A model generated the notes under the pieces. It was not told where the DNA came from and did not search any database. It saw only the letters and a program-made list of their open reading frames with translations. Shown piece by piece: positions 13,226-28,290 of a DNA stretch of 64,000 bases. How positions within the stretch are numbered: the stretch's first letter is position 1; the number at the start of each line of letters is the position of its first letter. The DNA comes from Dictyostelium discoideum (lineage: Eukaryota): NCBI GenBank assembly GCA_000004695.1, contig CM000151.3, positions 1,408,001-1,472,000 on the forward strand, given 5' to 3'. A program made the translations under genes and the position numbers.

Positions 13226-14709
13226 ATGGAAAAAATAAAAAAACAAAATAATATAGGAAGCTATAGTAGTGATAAAGATGGTGAATATAAAAAGTTTAGA
13301 TTTTCAAAAACCTCAATTAGAGGTTTTCTATTAAAAGAATATGAAAGAGAAGTACCAATTATTGTTAAAATTCAAGTAATGTATATAATATAAAATAATA
13401 TAATATAGTTATAGAGGGCTAAGGAAAGGGATGGGGAGGTGTGTATTTTTTTATTTATTTTAAATTATTAATATTAATAAAATATATTTTTTTTTTTTAT
13501 TTTTTTATTTTTTTTATTTTTTTATTTTTTATTTTTTCTAATATTTAATAGAGTTATAGAAATAAATTTTTAGATTTTTATTTTAAAATGGCAAGCATTT
13601 TAGGAGAAGAAGTATTTTTCATATTAGCATTACCAATTAGTACATGGTGTGTTGCAACACAATTAGGAGTTGAATTATGTGTGGTGTTAGCACTTACAAT
13701 TGGTGGTGGAAATATACTAAAGAATACATTTACATTACCTCGTCCACCACCAAATATAGTTTGGACCAATACAGCACATCAAAAAGATCATGGTTTACCA
13801 TCAACTCATACAGCATCAGCATTTGGTTTAACTTTTTACTTTTTAATTTATACTTATTTCCTTTTCCCAACAATTGGTGAATCTTTTAATATTTCACTTT
13901 TATCTATGTTTTTTATTGTATTATTTTGGTCAACAAGTGTAATGTTTAGCAGGTAAAGTTTTTTTTTTTATTTTATTTTTAAATCTATATAAAAATAAAA
14001 ATAAAATATATATATATATTAATTTATTTATTTATTTAGATTATATAATGGTCATCATACACCAATGGATGTTATTGCAGGTTTAATTGTCGCAATTACA
14101 TCAATATTAGCAACAACATATCAACTTAGATATTTTATTGAAGGAATGGTATTATCTGAAACCTTTTTATTTGGACCAATGCTTTATATTGCAATTTTAT
14201 CAGCAATTTTGTTTTTCCATCCACAAGCAAACACTGGACCAACACCAGCATATCCAGAGACTGGTTTGGTTTGTGGTGCAAGTTTAGGTTCTTTAATTAG
14301 TTTATGGCTTCATGCTCAACATCCATGTCCATTAATGAATCAAGAATTATTATTATTAGAAGCTAATTATGATTCAATAGTTTCAACAATTCATTCAATT
14401 CCATTATTACTTCATGGTAGTAGAATTTTAATTGGTTTGGTTTTAGTTGGTATAGCAAAAGTTTTCTCAAAGAAATTCTTTTTCTTTGCTTATGATTTGG
14501 TAATTAGAGCAAATACAAATAATGAACAATCTCAACCAATCACTACAGTTTCATTCGATCCAAATAAAAAGATCATAGTCACTCCAACAATTGAAGCTTT
14601 CTCAAAATTGTTTGTTTACACTTGTGTTAGTTTCACTATCGTTTCAATGCCATACTTATTTTATTATTTAAATATTCAAACTTCTGCTGATGTAACAAGA
14701 TATTATTAG
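13226..14709 (+). CDS. PAP2-family lipid phosphate phosphatase, sphingosine-1-phosphate phosphatase-like. Proposed exons: 13226..13380 (tentative), 13560..13952 and 14040..14709.
   Basis: Three phosphatase motifs are present in order: KNTFTLPRPPP (KxxxxxxRP), PSTHTASA (PSGH) and SR|LYNGHHTPMDVIAGL (SRxxxxxHxxxD). The last is split by a phase-2 intron (GTAAAG donor at 13953, TTTAG acceptor at 14039). FLDFYFKMASILGEEVFFILALPI aligns to SGPP1 [22 protein letters not shown], so coding must begin upstream of Met 13588. The first exon MEKIKKQNN...PIIVKIQV (GTATAT donor) is plausible, but its junction is uncertain. Confidence 0.7.
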
Positions 14710-14945
14710 GAAATTTAAAAAAAAAAAAAGAAAAAAAAAAAGAAAAAAAAAAAGAAAAAAAGAAAAATCAAACGATTATAAAACAAAAAAAAAAAAAAAC
14801 AAAAACAAAAAAAAAAAAATAAATAAATAAAATCAAACGATTAAAAAAAAAAAAAAAAAAATCGAACAAATAAAACTAAAAAAAACCAAAAAAATAAAGA
14901 ATGTGTCGTGTAATATATTCCACAATTAAAACATAGTGAAATTAC

Positions 14946-14980
<35 letters not shown>

Positions 14981-15310
14981 ACACCCCCGATATATTATTT
15001 TGGTTTTTTTTTTTATTTTTTTATTTTCTTAAATTAGGATAAACAACGAAAATAAAATTTTAGGAAAACAACGGAAATAAAATTCTAAAAATAAAACTTA
15101 TTTATTTTAAAATCTAAAAATAATAATTATAATTTCAACAAACCTTAAATGATAATACAATAAAAATGAAGATTTATCAACCCTTTATAAAGTAAATATT
15201 AAAAAAAAAAAAAAAAAATTATAAAAATAATTAATCCTGATAAAATATATATTTATAGTAATTCAATAACAGTATTTTTTCAAAGGAATTCAAAACATGA
15301 TTTTCTTTTA

Positions 15311-15663
15311 ATGGTATATTATTCATTATTATTTACATCATCATTTTGTATTGGATCAGTTTTATTAGTAATATCTTCAATTAGACATTTCTTTTTAGCA
15401 TTTGAGTTATTTTGGTTATTAGTAATAGCAACAACAGCAATAGTAAGCTCAGAACATTTTTATGGCATTATTAAAAATGTAATAAGGTTATGTGTTGCTG
15501 TAATTATAGGTTCAATTTTATCTTATATTTCATTTTCAATGGTTGGAAGGTCAGTTTGGCCAAATTGTTTTATTTTTTTTGTAATTTTATTATTAGGAAC
15601 TGGTAATTAAAATTAAAATTATTATCATTATCATTATTACCGTATTTTAATTATATTAATTAT

Positions 15664-15726
<63 letters not shown>

Positions 15727-18583
15727 GGACCAATGATGACATCAAAACTATGTCCATTTTATTTATTTAAGTTTGTTTTTTTAACTTATTATTATTTAAC
15801 ATTTGAAGATACATTTAGAAAAGAATTTTATTCACCAATTGATAATTTACTGTTTACATTAGGATCAGCTGCTTCATTTGGATCGTGTTTATTAACATGT
15901 CTATTGTTAAGAGCACCATTTGCAAATATTTTATTTATTCAAACTTCAAATACTCTATTAAAAAGATCAATTTCTTATATTAAACAATTAAAATTACAAA
16001 CAAATTTAGTTTTTTCAAGAAATAATAATTTTAAAATTGTAATATATTATTATTTTTTTATTTTAATCAACCAATAACCAATTTTATTTTTTAAAAAAAA
16101 AAAAAAGAGATATTTGTATATTTTATAATCCTAATTATTTCTTTTTTTATTATATAAAATAGTATTATAGAGATATTGATGAGAATAGTAAAAGAAAAAC
16201 AAATGATTTGATTTTAAAATTACAATTCCAACATCAAGATTATAGTGAAAGGTTAAATCATTTAGATCAAATGTTAAGGTATTTTTTAAAAATTATTATT
16301 TAAATTTTAATTTAAAATATTAATAATAATAATTATAATTATAATAATGAAAAATTTAAACTAAATTTTTTTTAAAATAATTTTATATTTATTAGTGATA
16401 GTAAAAAAGAATTTTGGGCAAAAAACTATATTCAACATTTTGAAAGAATTCAAATTTTATTTGAAAGAAATTTAAAGAAATTAATTGCAGTTGGACTTAA
16501 AATAAATGATGAAATTGATGATAAAATTAGAAATCAGATTGAACCAATAATACCTCAAGTTAATATATTATTTGATGAAATTTTAAAAATTTTTGAAGAA
16601 ATGGGTAACCAATTAAAATATAAATTTATACATACAAATAATAATGATAATTCTCAATGGTTTAAAAATACTATTGCAAGTGATTATTATAAGAATTTAG
16701 ATAAAAGGGATGAAAATTATCATTCATTTTTTTATTGTCATTTGGATTTTGTTTATAAAATCAATGGTTTAAAAGATATAAAAGAGAATTCATTAGAATG
16801 GAATCAAATTAAAATTAATAAATCATTTGAAATTATTGATGAAACAATATCTAAAATTGATCAATTATTTGAATCGATTTTTAAAGAAGCACCATTATTT
16901 AATCCAAATGTTGATAATTCGTTATCAAAAGTTTATATATTATTAAAATGTTTTAATACATTTTGTTTAGAACAAAAATTATTATCAAAAGAAATATTTT
17001 TAGTTTCATATCATAATAGTTTAAATAGGAATAAACCACAAGAATATTTAGCAATCGTTGCAACAATTAAAAGAATTTGGAAATATACTAAAACTTATAA
17101 ACAAAGAAAATTAGAAAAATTAGAAAATGAGAGGAATACTAATGAAGATACCACACCAATTAAAGAGAAATTTAAATTATATTTTATGAATTTTTTAAAA
17201 GATAGAATTTTATATAATTGGCAATTTACTATTAAATATTCTTTAGTTAGTGCAGGTGGTGCAGTGGCAATCTTTGAAATTAAAAAACATACAAAATTTC
17301 AATTATTTGAAATGTTAAATTGGATGTTAAATGCATATATTGTAACGGCCGGACCAGATATCGGAGCATTGGGAGCATTAACATCTGTTAGAGTAATCGT
17401 TTTAATTATTGGTGGATTTCTTGGATATGCAAGTATAATAATTTGTGAATTTGGTGGAAATGATTCATCAAAAGCATTAATTTATATTGGATTTTCATTT
17501 GCAATTATATTTCTATTGGGTATTATTTTAAATTTTCAAATATTTAAAGGAATGATAACAAATATAGTTTTCACATTTTCAGTTGTTTCAATTCCACTTT
17601 ATGAAAATGGTTCAAATATAATTTTTACACTTTATAGAATTGGATATGTTGTACTTGGTTTCATTTTAGTATTTATCTTATCAATGATAATACCATATTA
17701 TGATTATAGAGAATTAGAAAAGAATTTATTTAAAATACCATTCTTAATAATTGAATTGGTTGATTACTTTTTTTATTACAGTTTTGAACAACCAATTCAT
17801 GAATCAAATAAAACACTTTTATCAATACCTTATAATGAAAATAATGAAAATTATGTTTTCAATAATATAGATTATAATAATTTCAGTCATGTAAATAATA
17901 TTAATAGTGAAAAAAGTTTTAAAATCTCTGAAATGATAACAATTGATCAATATAAATCAGTCTTTAGTGAGAAATATATTAACCTTAGAAGAATATTCCC
18001 AGCTCAAAGAAATTTATTATTAGATTCAAAATTAGAATTAATATTTAAAAAAAGTGAATTTAAAAACCTAGAAAATGATTTATTATCAATTCAATATTTT
18101 CATGATTTATTTGGAGTTTTAGAATTTGCATTTGTAGAATCACATGAAACTCATATTAGAATGATTGGAAAAGAAACCAGAATACAAGCTAGACGATTAT
18201 TTGATGAATTGGAACTATCATCCACTTTATTATGCCACATTCAGGAGGAAAGGGATAATTTAGGTAGAGTGATTAGAAGTTCATCATTACCTTACATTTC
18301 TCAAAAAAGGGATAACGGGATTGATTTAATGAATCAATTAATTGACCATGTTAATTCACAAATTTCAAATTATAATATACCAACATTAGAAAAACATCAA
18401 TTAAATGCAACACTATTTGCACTACATAGTTTTGTTAAACAATATCATTTAATATTCAAGAAATTAATATTAAAAAAGGAATCTATGGTTAACAATAGTA
18501 AAGTTTTCATTTTAAATAATAATAATTATAAAATTAACTCAAATATGATTGATGTTAAAGAAAGTATATTTCTAAATCAATAA
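15311..18583 (+). CDS. Large multi-pass membrane protein of unknown family, 4 exons: 15311..15602, 15728..16038, 16163..16278, 16396..18583 (about 969 aa).
   Basis: Four long ORFs join with consistent phases through the GTAATT, GTAATA and GTATTT donors and the matching AG acceptors. There is an N-terminal cluster of TM helices, then a ~350-aa soluble region, a second TM cluster (GGAVAIFEI...IVLIIGGFLGYASIIICEFGG...), and a C-terminal soluble ~300 aa. This two-TM-block layout resembles ArAE/FUSC-type exporters, but I cannot confirm family membership. Confidence 0.5.
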
Positions 18584-18659
18584 AAAAGTTTTATTAATTA
18601 TTTAAATATTACAATTATTTATTTAAAAAAAAGTTTTTGGTTGATTAATTAAAAAAACT

Positions 18660-18714
<55 letters not shown>

Positions 18715-18765
18715 TATTATTTTTTTTATATTTTATATATAAATATATATATTTTTGATTTGTTT

Positions 18766-18808
<43 letters not shown>

Positions 18809-18814
<6 letters not shown>

Positions 18815-19787
18815 AAAGTATTCAGGTGCAGGTTTTTTAGCTGGTGCACCTCTTGATTCTTGAGGAGCAGCTTCAAAGATTGCAAAGTTCTTTTTAAGAT
18901 TTTCGTCGAGTTGTAAAATTGCAGCAACATTACCACATCTATAACAATAGTTTGGAGCAGACCAAACGGTGACTAATGTTTCATTAAACATATATTTGAA
19001 ACCTTCCATTACTAATTGATGCGCTCTACATATAAATTCTAAATTGTTATCGTGATTAAACTTTTGAACGACATCTTCACCAAATAAGAAACCTGCACCT
19101 CTTGGACTACCATTCCATCCTGGTATATCCTCTGGATCTGACCACATTAAATCACACATTGGTCCTTCATGTGGTACTTCTTGTTTTCTATCAATTGCCC
19201 TAATCTAATAATAAAAAAATATAAATATATATTTATATACATATATTAATATATATATATATTATATATACACTTTAATATTTATAAATTGTATTGTAAT
19301 TTGATGAATGATACATTACTTGATCTAAAGTATTAATTGATGGAGATAAACCACCATGAACACAAAATATTTTACCATCAACTAAAGCAGAAAGTGAGAG
19401 ATAATCGAAAATCTCTGTACAATATTTCCAAACTGTAACACTACCATACTTTCTAACGCATTCTTCATAGAAACCATAGACTTGAGTGATTTGTCTAGAT
19501 TCATGGTTACCACGAATCAATGTAATTCTATCTGGGTATCTAACTTTTAATGCCAACAATAATAAAAATGTCTCTACTGAATAAAATCCTCTATCTACAA
19601 AATCTCCCATAAAAAGATAATTGGTTTGTGGACAATCTCCTCCAACTTTAAAAAGTTCTTTTAAATCATAGAATTGACCATGAATATCACCACAAATCTA
19701 GATAAAAATAAAAATAAATAAAAAAACAAATGAATTAGTTTAAAATTTAAGGTAGTGGTTTTTTTTTTTTTTTTTTTTGTGTGTGGT

Positions 19788-19822
<35 letters not shown>

Positions 19823-20030
19823 CTATTAAGGAAAATAAAAAAAAAAAATAAAAAAAAAAATGTATAAATGATTTTAAATGACCTACAGTTACTGGTGAAT
19901 CTACTCTTTGAACATTTCCTTCTTCTAAAAGGATTTCTCTTGCTTTTGAACATAATGCTCTAACTTCACTCTCTTTGATGATTTCACATCTTTTGAGTTG
20001 TTCAATTTGTCTATCTAAATCGGATGACAT
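18809..20030 (-). CDS. ppp4c: Serine/threonine protein phosphatase 4 catalytic subunit (PP4c), 3 exons: 20030..19887, 19697..19320, 19204..18809 (305 aa).
   Basis: [48 protein letters not shown] | [42 protein letters not shown]...[21 protein letters not shown]...[13 protein letters not shown] | [26 protein letters not shown]...[11 protein letters not shown]...[16 protein letters not shown]...APEYFL. This is near-identical to human PP4c along the whole length, including the C-terminal YFL. All PPP signature motifs are present (GDxHG, GDxVDRG, GNHE, HGG, RG, H). Donors are GTAGGT and GTAATG, and all phases are 0. Confidence 0.92.
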
Positions 20031-20376
20031 CTTATTTAATTAAAATTTCTTGATTTTTTTTTTTTTTTTTTCTAAAAAAAGACTATATAATACACACAAG
20101 AATTTTTAATTTATTTGTTGATTAGCTGATTGAGAGATTACAAAACAAAACCTTTTATAGTAATATTATTTAAATTTTCAAAATCTTATTTTTTTTTTTT
20201 TTTGTTTGTTGATTGTTTTTTATTATTATTATTATTTATATATTTTGATTTTTCTTTATTTTTCTTTATTATTCTTTTTTTTAAAATTGATTGGTTTATA
20301 CAATTGGCACAAAATAAAAAAAATATATAAAAATAAAAATAAAAAAAGTAATAATAAAAAAAATTGATATATTTTG

Positions 20377-20417
<41 letters not shown>

Positions 20418-20625
20418 AAAAAAAAAAAAAATTAAAAAAATTTTAAAAAAAAAAAAAAAAAAAAAAATGAAATAAAAAAATAAAAATAAATAAAAATAAA
20501 AAAAAGTTGGACTCATGTGGAAATCGACACAACATTAAGATATCATGCCCAAAGAATTATTTATTTTTATTTTTTTTTTTTTTGGAAATCAAAACATAGT
20601 GGAAAAAAAAAAAAAAGGCAATAAC

Positions 20626-20684
<59 letters not shown>

Positions 20685-20822
20685 TAATAATAATATTAAT
20701 AATAATAATAAAAAATGATCTTGATTTAATAAAGATAATAATAATAGTTGAAAGATAAAGTAGATCCAATATTTTTTTATACGAAATTGAATCATACCTT
20801 AATTTTTTTTTCAAGGTTTGGT

Positions 20823-20861
<39 letters not shown>

Positions 20862-21245
20862 GGTAAAATCTTTTTTTTTTTTTTTTTTTTTTTTATTATT
20901 TTTCTTTTTCTAAAATAAGATATTTAACCATTTCTTAAAAAAGTAAAAAACTGTGTTAGGTTTTGTTAGGTGAAAATATGGTATTTTTTAATCCCCAAAA
21001 AAAAAAACAAAAAAAAAAAAAAAAAAATTAACTTAAAAACCACAAATTTGTGTTTTGTGACCACTTTTTTCAAAAAAATAAAAAAAAAAAAATACTTTTG
21101 AATGAATTTGTGTATCTGTCTATAATTATTTTTCTTTTTAATTTTATTTTTTTTTTTAATGTTTTTTTTTTTTTTATTTATTGTTTAATTTTTTTTTTAA
21201 TTTTTTTTTTTGATTTTTTTTTTTTTTTGATTAATTAAAGATATA

Positions 21246-21291
<46 letters not shown>

Positions 21292-21330
21292 TTTTAGAAA
21301 AAAAAAAAAAAATTTTAAAAGATTAAGAGA

Positions 21331-22335
<1,005 letters not shown>

Positions 22336-22943
22336 TCTGTGGGTTTCCCAATTCCTTTAAAAATTTAAGCCCAAAAAAAAAAAAAAAAAAAAAAAATTTT
22401 CAAAAAAAAAAAAAAAAAGAAAATATCCAATGACGTGTTCAAAATCATCAAACAATCTTTTATGTTGCGATTTGGTGTTTTTTGAAAAAAAAAAAAAAAA
22501 AAAAAAAAAAATTTAAAAAATAAATTTTTAAGTGTTTTTTTGAAAATAAAAAAAAAAAAAAAAAAAAAAAAAATTTAAATCCAAAAATAAAAAGAGTTTT
22601 AAAAAAAAATTTAAAAAAAAAAAAATAAAATAAATTTTTTTATTTTAAATTCCATAAATAATTTAATAATAATTTTTTTTTTAATATTTTAATAATAATA
22701 ATAATTAACACTAATGGGTATTTTTTTTTTTGTAAAATTTTAAAAAATTCAAACATTTTATTAATAATAATAAACTTATGGTAACGCGTAAATATGTTCG
22801 GTGAAAAAAAAAAAAATTAAAAAAAAAATTAAAACCAATCCGAATTTTTATTTCGTTGAAAAAACAAAAAGATTAATTATTCATTGGATCTTGTGAAAAA
22901 AAAAAAATTTCTTTTTTTTTTTTATTTTTTTATTTTTGAATTT

Positions 22944-22979
<36 letters not shown>

Positions 22980-23431
22980 TTTATTGTTTATTATGTTATT
23001 AATTTTTTTTTTTTTAAATAAAAATCCTTTCTTTTCAATTGAAAACATTGTTGTGTGGCTATTTTAAAATATTAATATAGTAATTTTTTAAAACCTATTT
23101 TTTAAAAGTTTCACCATTTCAAGATTTGGACACGCATTCGAATCAGATTCCCAATATATTTTTCAATTTTTTTATTATTATTCCCACCCTATTATCCATT
23201 TATAAATTATTTTTAATTTTTTTTTAAAAAATTTATTTTAAAATTTAAAAAAAAAAAAAAAAAGAAAAAAAAAAACACACACACACACAACTTTTTTTTT
23301 AATTTAATTTATTTTATATTTATTAAAAAAAAAAAAAAAAAAAAAAGTTATATTGAAAAAAAAAAAAAAAAAATTTTAATTTTAAAATAAATACCCACCC
23401 CATACATATATATATTTATATATAAATATAA

Positions 23432-24307
23432 ATGGAATTATTACAACAATATCTCCAACAACAACAAGAAGAGTTAAAAATTCAAAGAGAGTTGCATAGT
23501 AGTGGCCAATCACAAAATGCCTATCAACAACAACAACAACTAGAAGATGATGAAGAGTATGATGACGATCAATTACCTTTATCACCAACACAAACTGAAG
23601 AATTTGATTATGACAATGATTATAACGATGAAGAATTCTACGATGAAGATGATGACTTTAAAGAAGATGATGATGAAGAAGAAGAAGAAGAAGATGATGA
23701 AATGTATCCAATAAGACAAGATAATAATATCGATGATGATGACTATGAAGAAGATGAAGAAGAGCAATTGTTATATCCAACTAATAATAATAATAATACC
23801 ACCACTACTACTCCCTATACTACCTATAATAATAATAATAATAATGATATTAATAATAATAATAACAATAATACAAAATCAGAGATGACTATGATACCGA
23901 CAGTATCATCTAATATTTCTTTAAATCCATTACAAATTTTGGAACAATATTTAAATACACAACAACAAATTCAACAAAAACAATTTCAAAAACATCAAGA
24001 AGAATTACAAATTCAACAATTACAACAAAATCATCCATTACAATTATTGGAACAATATTTACAACAACAACAACAAATTCAACAGGAACAATTTTTTAAC
24101 CACCAAAGAGAAAATCAAGTTCCAAATAGTAATAGTAATAGTTTAAATAGTAGTAATGAAAATAATAATAATAATGTTAATAATAATAATAATATTATTA
24201 ATAATAATAATAATAGTATTAATAATAATATGAATAATAGTAATAATAATAATAATAACAATAATAATGGAAACAAAAACCCTTTTTTTCTAGATGATTT
24301 CATTTAT

Positions 24308-24313
<6 letters not shown>
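23432..24313 (+). CDS. Acidic, Q/N-rich hypothetical protein (293 aa) with an internal duplicated LEQYL-QQQIQQ-QF motif.
   Basis: Continuous ORF. There is a D/E-rich block (EEEEEEDDEMY...DDDDYEEDEEE), and the unit LQILEQYLNTQQQIQQKQFQKHQ is repeated as LQLLEQYLQQQQQIQQEQFFNHQ. Poly-N tail. Confidence 0.4.
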
Positions 24314-24345
<32 letters not shown>

Positions 24346-24539
24346 TAAAACTTATTTATATAAAAAATAATAGGTTATCGATTTCCAAATGGTTCATTTA
24401 ATAAAAAAAAAAGTAAAAACAAACACAAACCCCAAAGGCAATATCCTGTTTGGATATTTATTGTAAATAATATAAAAATAAAATAAAATAAATAAAATAA
24501 AACAAAACAAAATAGTCAAAAAATAAACAATATATTTTT

Positions 24540-24573
<34 letters not shown>

Positions 24574-24760
24574 AATGGATTTAGTATAGATAAAATATTT
24601 TTGTAATAATTGTTCTGTTTTTTTTTTTTTTTTGCTAAAAAAATTTTATTTTTAGAATCTAATTGTTAACCATCCATTTTTTGTAATTCGGACAACAATC
24701 TTAAAATAATAATTAAAAAAGAACACAAAAAGAAAATCATATTGTAAAATCTAAAAAAAA

Positions 24761-24798
<38 letters not shown>

Positions 24799-25781
24799 TG
24801 AAGCCCCAAATGGTAATTTTTGATCAAAACTTTTTTTATTTTAATTCCTTTAAGCGTTTTTTGGATACAAATTAGGTAATGCCCTAAATCCCAAATAAAA
24901 AAAAAAAAAAAAAAAAAAAATTTTGAAAACCAATTTTGCCTTTTTTATTTCCTCATAATAATTTTTATTTAAAATCCTTTGTGAGGCTAAATGTATAAAA
25001 AAATTGAAAATTTGTTTGATATAATACAGCTGTTTTTTTTCATTTTTATTAACAAACTCGAACAAAGAAATAAAAAATAATAAAATAAAGGTTAATAATA
25101 ATTTGAAAAAAAAAAAAAAAAAAAAAGAATAATTAATCTAACATTTTCTTATTAATTCATTCAAGTTTATTAGTTTCATATGGACCATTTGATCCATTTG
25201 TTTCATTTGATTCATCCACAACCATATTGATTTCTTTGAATTACACGGTAAGTAATCAAATCTATACTCTATCATAAAATTATCATGGCACTATGATGTT
25301 TGTGTCCATATTAGTTTTATTTTTCCAAATAATAAAAATCAAAAAATTTACTTATGTAATTATAAAATTTTTTAAAAAAAATAAAAAAATTTCTTATTTA
25401 ATCATCAATGCTTCCTTATTAAGTAAAATGACTTTGTTGCCCTGTATCTGGAATTTTTTAAAAAAAAAAAGTGCCAATCAAATGATAGAGGAAAGATTTA
25501 TCAATATCATTATGGTTAATGCCAATTTTTTGGATCCAGATATCAGAGAGATTATAAATCTATATGTGCACATATGACATCTAGAATGGTTTAATATATT
25601 ATTAATACTTCAACAAACGAAATAAGTAACAATAGAAATTTTACCAATTATCCAAAATACACAATTCACAAAAATTTAAAATCAAAATCATAATTTAAAA
25701 AAAAAAAAAAAAAAAAAAATTTATTTTTATTTTTTAAAATAATCCCAATTGAATTTAGATATTGTATCTAAATTGAACAAC

Positions 25782-25883
<102 letters not shown>

Positions 25884-26464
25884 CCAAAATGATTTTTAAA
25901 TTCACAAATTTTTATAATTATTTAATACCTTTGAATTGACCAGACAGACACCCCCCCCCCCCATCGATATCGGCAACATCATCACTATAACCTTGTTCTT
26001 TTATTCCAATCCAAAAGCTTTCTTGATACTTCTCTGTATCGAATATTTCTTTACCATTGTTCTCTTCATCAGTATCGTCTAAAAATAAATATTCACTTAA
26101 ATCCTTTTTAAAAAAAAAAAAAAAATTGTTTTTTACACAAAATATCCCCATGAAACTTAATTTATATCATTTTGTGTATTTTTGTGTTTTGTAAACAAAA
26201 TTAATATTAAGAAATAAATAAAATTAAATCATTGTTTATATAAAAATATTTTTCTTTTTTTTTTTTTTTTTTTCAAAGTGTCAAATTGAATGTTTTTACC
26301 AAATAAATTTATTTTTTTTTTTTTTTTTTTTTTTTTTTTCAATTTTTTATTTTTTATTTTTTTTTTTTTTTCACTTTTTTTTTTTTTTTTATTTTTTTTT
26401 AAATTTTTTTTTTATTTTTTTTTATTTTATTTTATTTTCAATAATTCTCAAAAGTAAACTCGAA

Positions 26465-26818
26465 ATGAGTATCCATTTAATCAAAAAATCAACTGGTATT
26501 ACAGGTTTAAAGGTTGAACCAAATGCAAGACATATTTTAGCAGGTTTATACAATCAACTTTTAAAGAAATTAGAAATCCTCCCACCAACTGCAGGTTACA
26601 GAAAATCAGCAGAACTCGAAACCAAATTCAGATTAGGTGTCATTGAAAATGAAACTGATATCGTTAAAATTGAAAATAAAATATATGCTGGTCAAATTGA
26701 AGAATTAATTGTTCAAGCTAAAAATGATTTAAAAGTTGTCGATTTAGTCCATGAAAGTAGAGCATGGGAATTACCAGACAAAAACAAACCACCAGTTGTC
26801 ATATATTCAAGCAAATAA
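26465..26818 (+). CDS. ndufa5: NADH dehydrogenase (ubiquinone) 1 alpha subcomplex subunit 5 (complex I B13 subunit) homolog, 117 aa, single exon.
   Basis: [41 protein letters not shown]...[14 protein letters not shown] aligns with human NDUFA5 [41 protein letters not shown]...GQLEEVILQAEHEL. Length and motif order match. Confidence 0.85.
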
Positions 26819-27062
26819 ACTTTTTTTAAAAAATTTCACTTTTATATACAATATATTATTATACAAAATCAAACATAAAATAAAAAAAAACTAAAATCAA
26901 TCAGTAAAGATAAAAATAAAAAAAAAAAAAAAAAACAAATGTAAAATCATTTTTAAAAAAAAAAAAAGACCTTTTGGTCGTATTAAATACTATGTTATAT
27001 ATTTTTTTATTTGTATTTATATTTTTGTATTTTGTTTTTTATTATTATTTTATTTTTTTTTT

Positions 27063-27656
27063 TTAAGAAAGAATAATCATAGTTAAAACAAAAAATATAG
27101 CGAAAAATATTGAAGGTATCATTGATGATGAATTATTTGGTCTATCTGATTGTTTTGGTAATTCGAATGGACATTCTTTTGTATAATCTTTTGGTAATGA
27201 ATAAGTTGAACCACAAGCGGTTTGAGCCAAATTTAACATATTGTAAGCACCAGTTGCTCTGAAACAGTTACTCATTTTACAAACATATTGTTGACAATTT
27301 TTGAATGCACACGAATCTTGATTGAATAATAGTTGTTGATTCATTGGACATGAATAGGTTGCACAACATTGAATTAAATCACCAAATGTTGATTTACATG
27401 AACTATCAATGAAAACCTCTGGAACACAAATTCCAACTTTGTTTGCATTAATTGTATCTTTTGCGATATTATTATTATTACAAATGCAACTATCACTATA
27501 ACCTTTACATGCTGTTGAATTTGAACATTGTGAACATGTTCCACTTGGTGTATTTAAAACACATTTTCCTTGACTACCACACTATTTTTTTTTCGTCAAA
27601 AAATGAAAAATAAAAAAAAAAAAATATCCAAAATTTTGTGTGAAAATATTATATTG

Positions 27657-27690
<34 letters not shown>

Positions 27691-28180
27691 AGTGATGTGT
27701 TTTTTTATTATGAAAATATTATGTTGAAAAATAAAAAATAAAAAAAAAATTTTAAAAAAAAAATGGTGTGAAAGGTTCATTTGTTTTTTCGAAAATGTGA
27801 AGGCGTGATTGTGTGGGGTGCTGGGAAATATATTTGTGTGTTTTTTTTTTTTTTTTTCAAAAAAATATGTGGCAACACACGAATATTCGCTTATTTGTGC
27901 GAGATTTTTTCTAGTTTTTTTTTTTTTTTTTAATTTTTTTAATTTTTTATATTATTCGCTTTTCAAAAGGGACTAGGAAATTAAAAAAAAAGAAAAATAA
28001 AAAAAAAAATATGAAAATTGAAAAAAAAAAAAAAAAACGGTGTTGCAAATTTGAAAAAAAATAAAATATAACAAAAAACGTATCAATTTATTCCTAATGA
28101 TTGTGAAAATAAAAATATCATAATAAAAATTTACAAAAAAAACAATTATTTAATTACATCACAATTTTAATAATAATATA

Positions 28181-28230
<50 letters not shown>

Positions 28231-28252
28231 GATTGTGCGCAGAAAGAGAGAG

Positions 28253-28290
<38 letters not shown>

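Noticed and set aside
13588-13590. Met 13588 as the true start of the PAP2 gene.
   Set aside because: Conserved SGPP-like sequence (FLDFYFK) continues in frame upstream of it. A 5' exon is required.
25140-25270. A + strand GTAAGT at 25248 and a short minus-strand ORF MVVDESNETNGSNGPYETNKLE, suggesting an exon here.
   Set aside because: I could not build a phase-consistent model with an initiator and a partner exon. It may belong to an unannotated gene, but the evidence is too thin to call.
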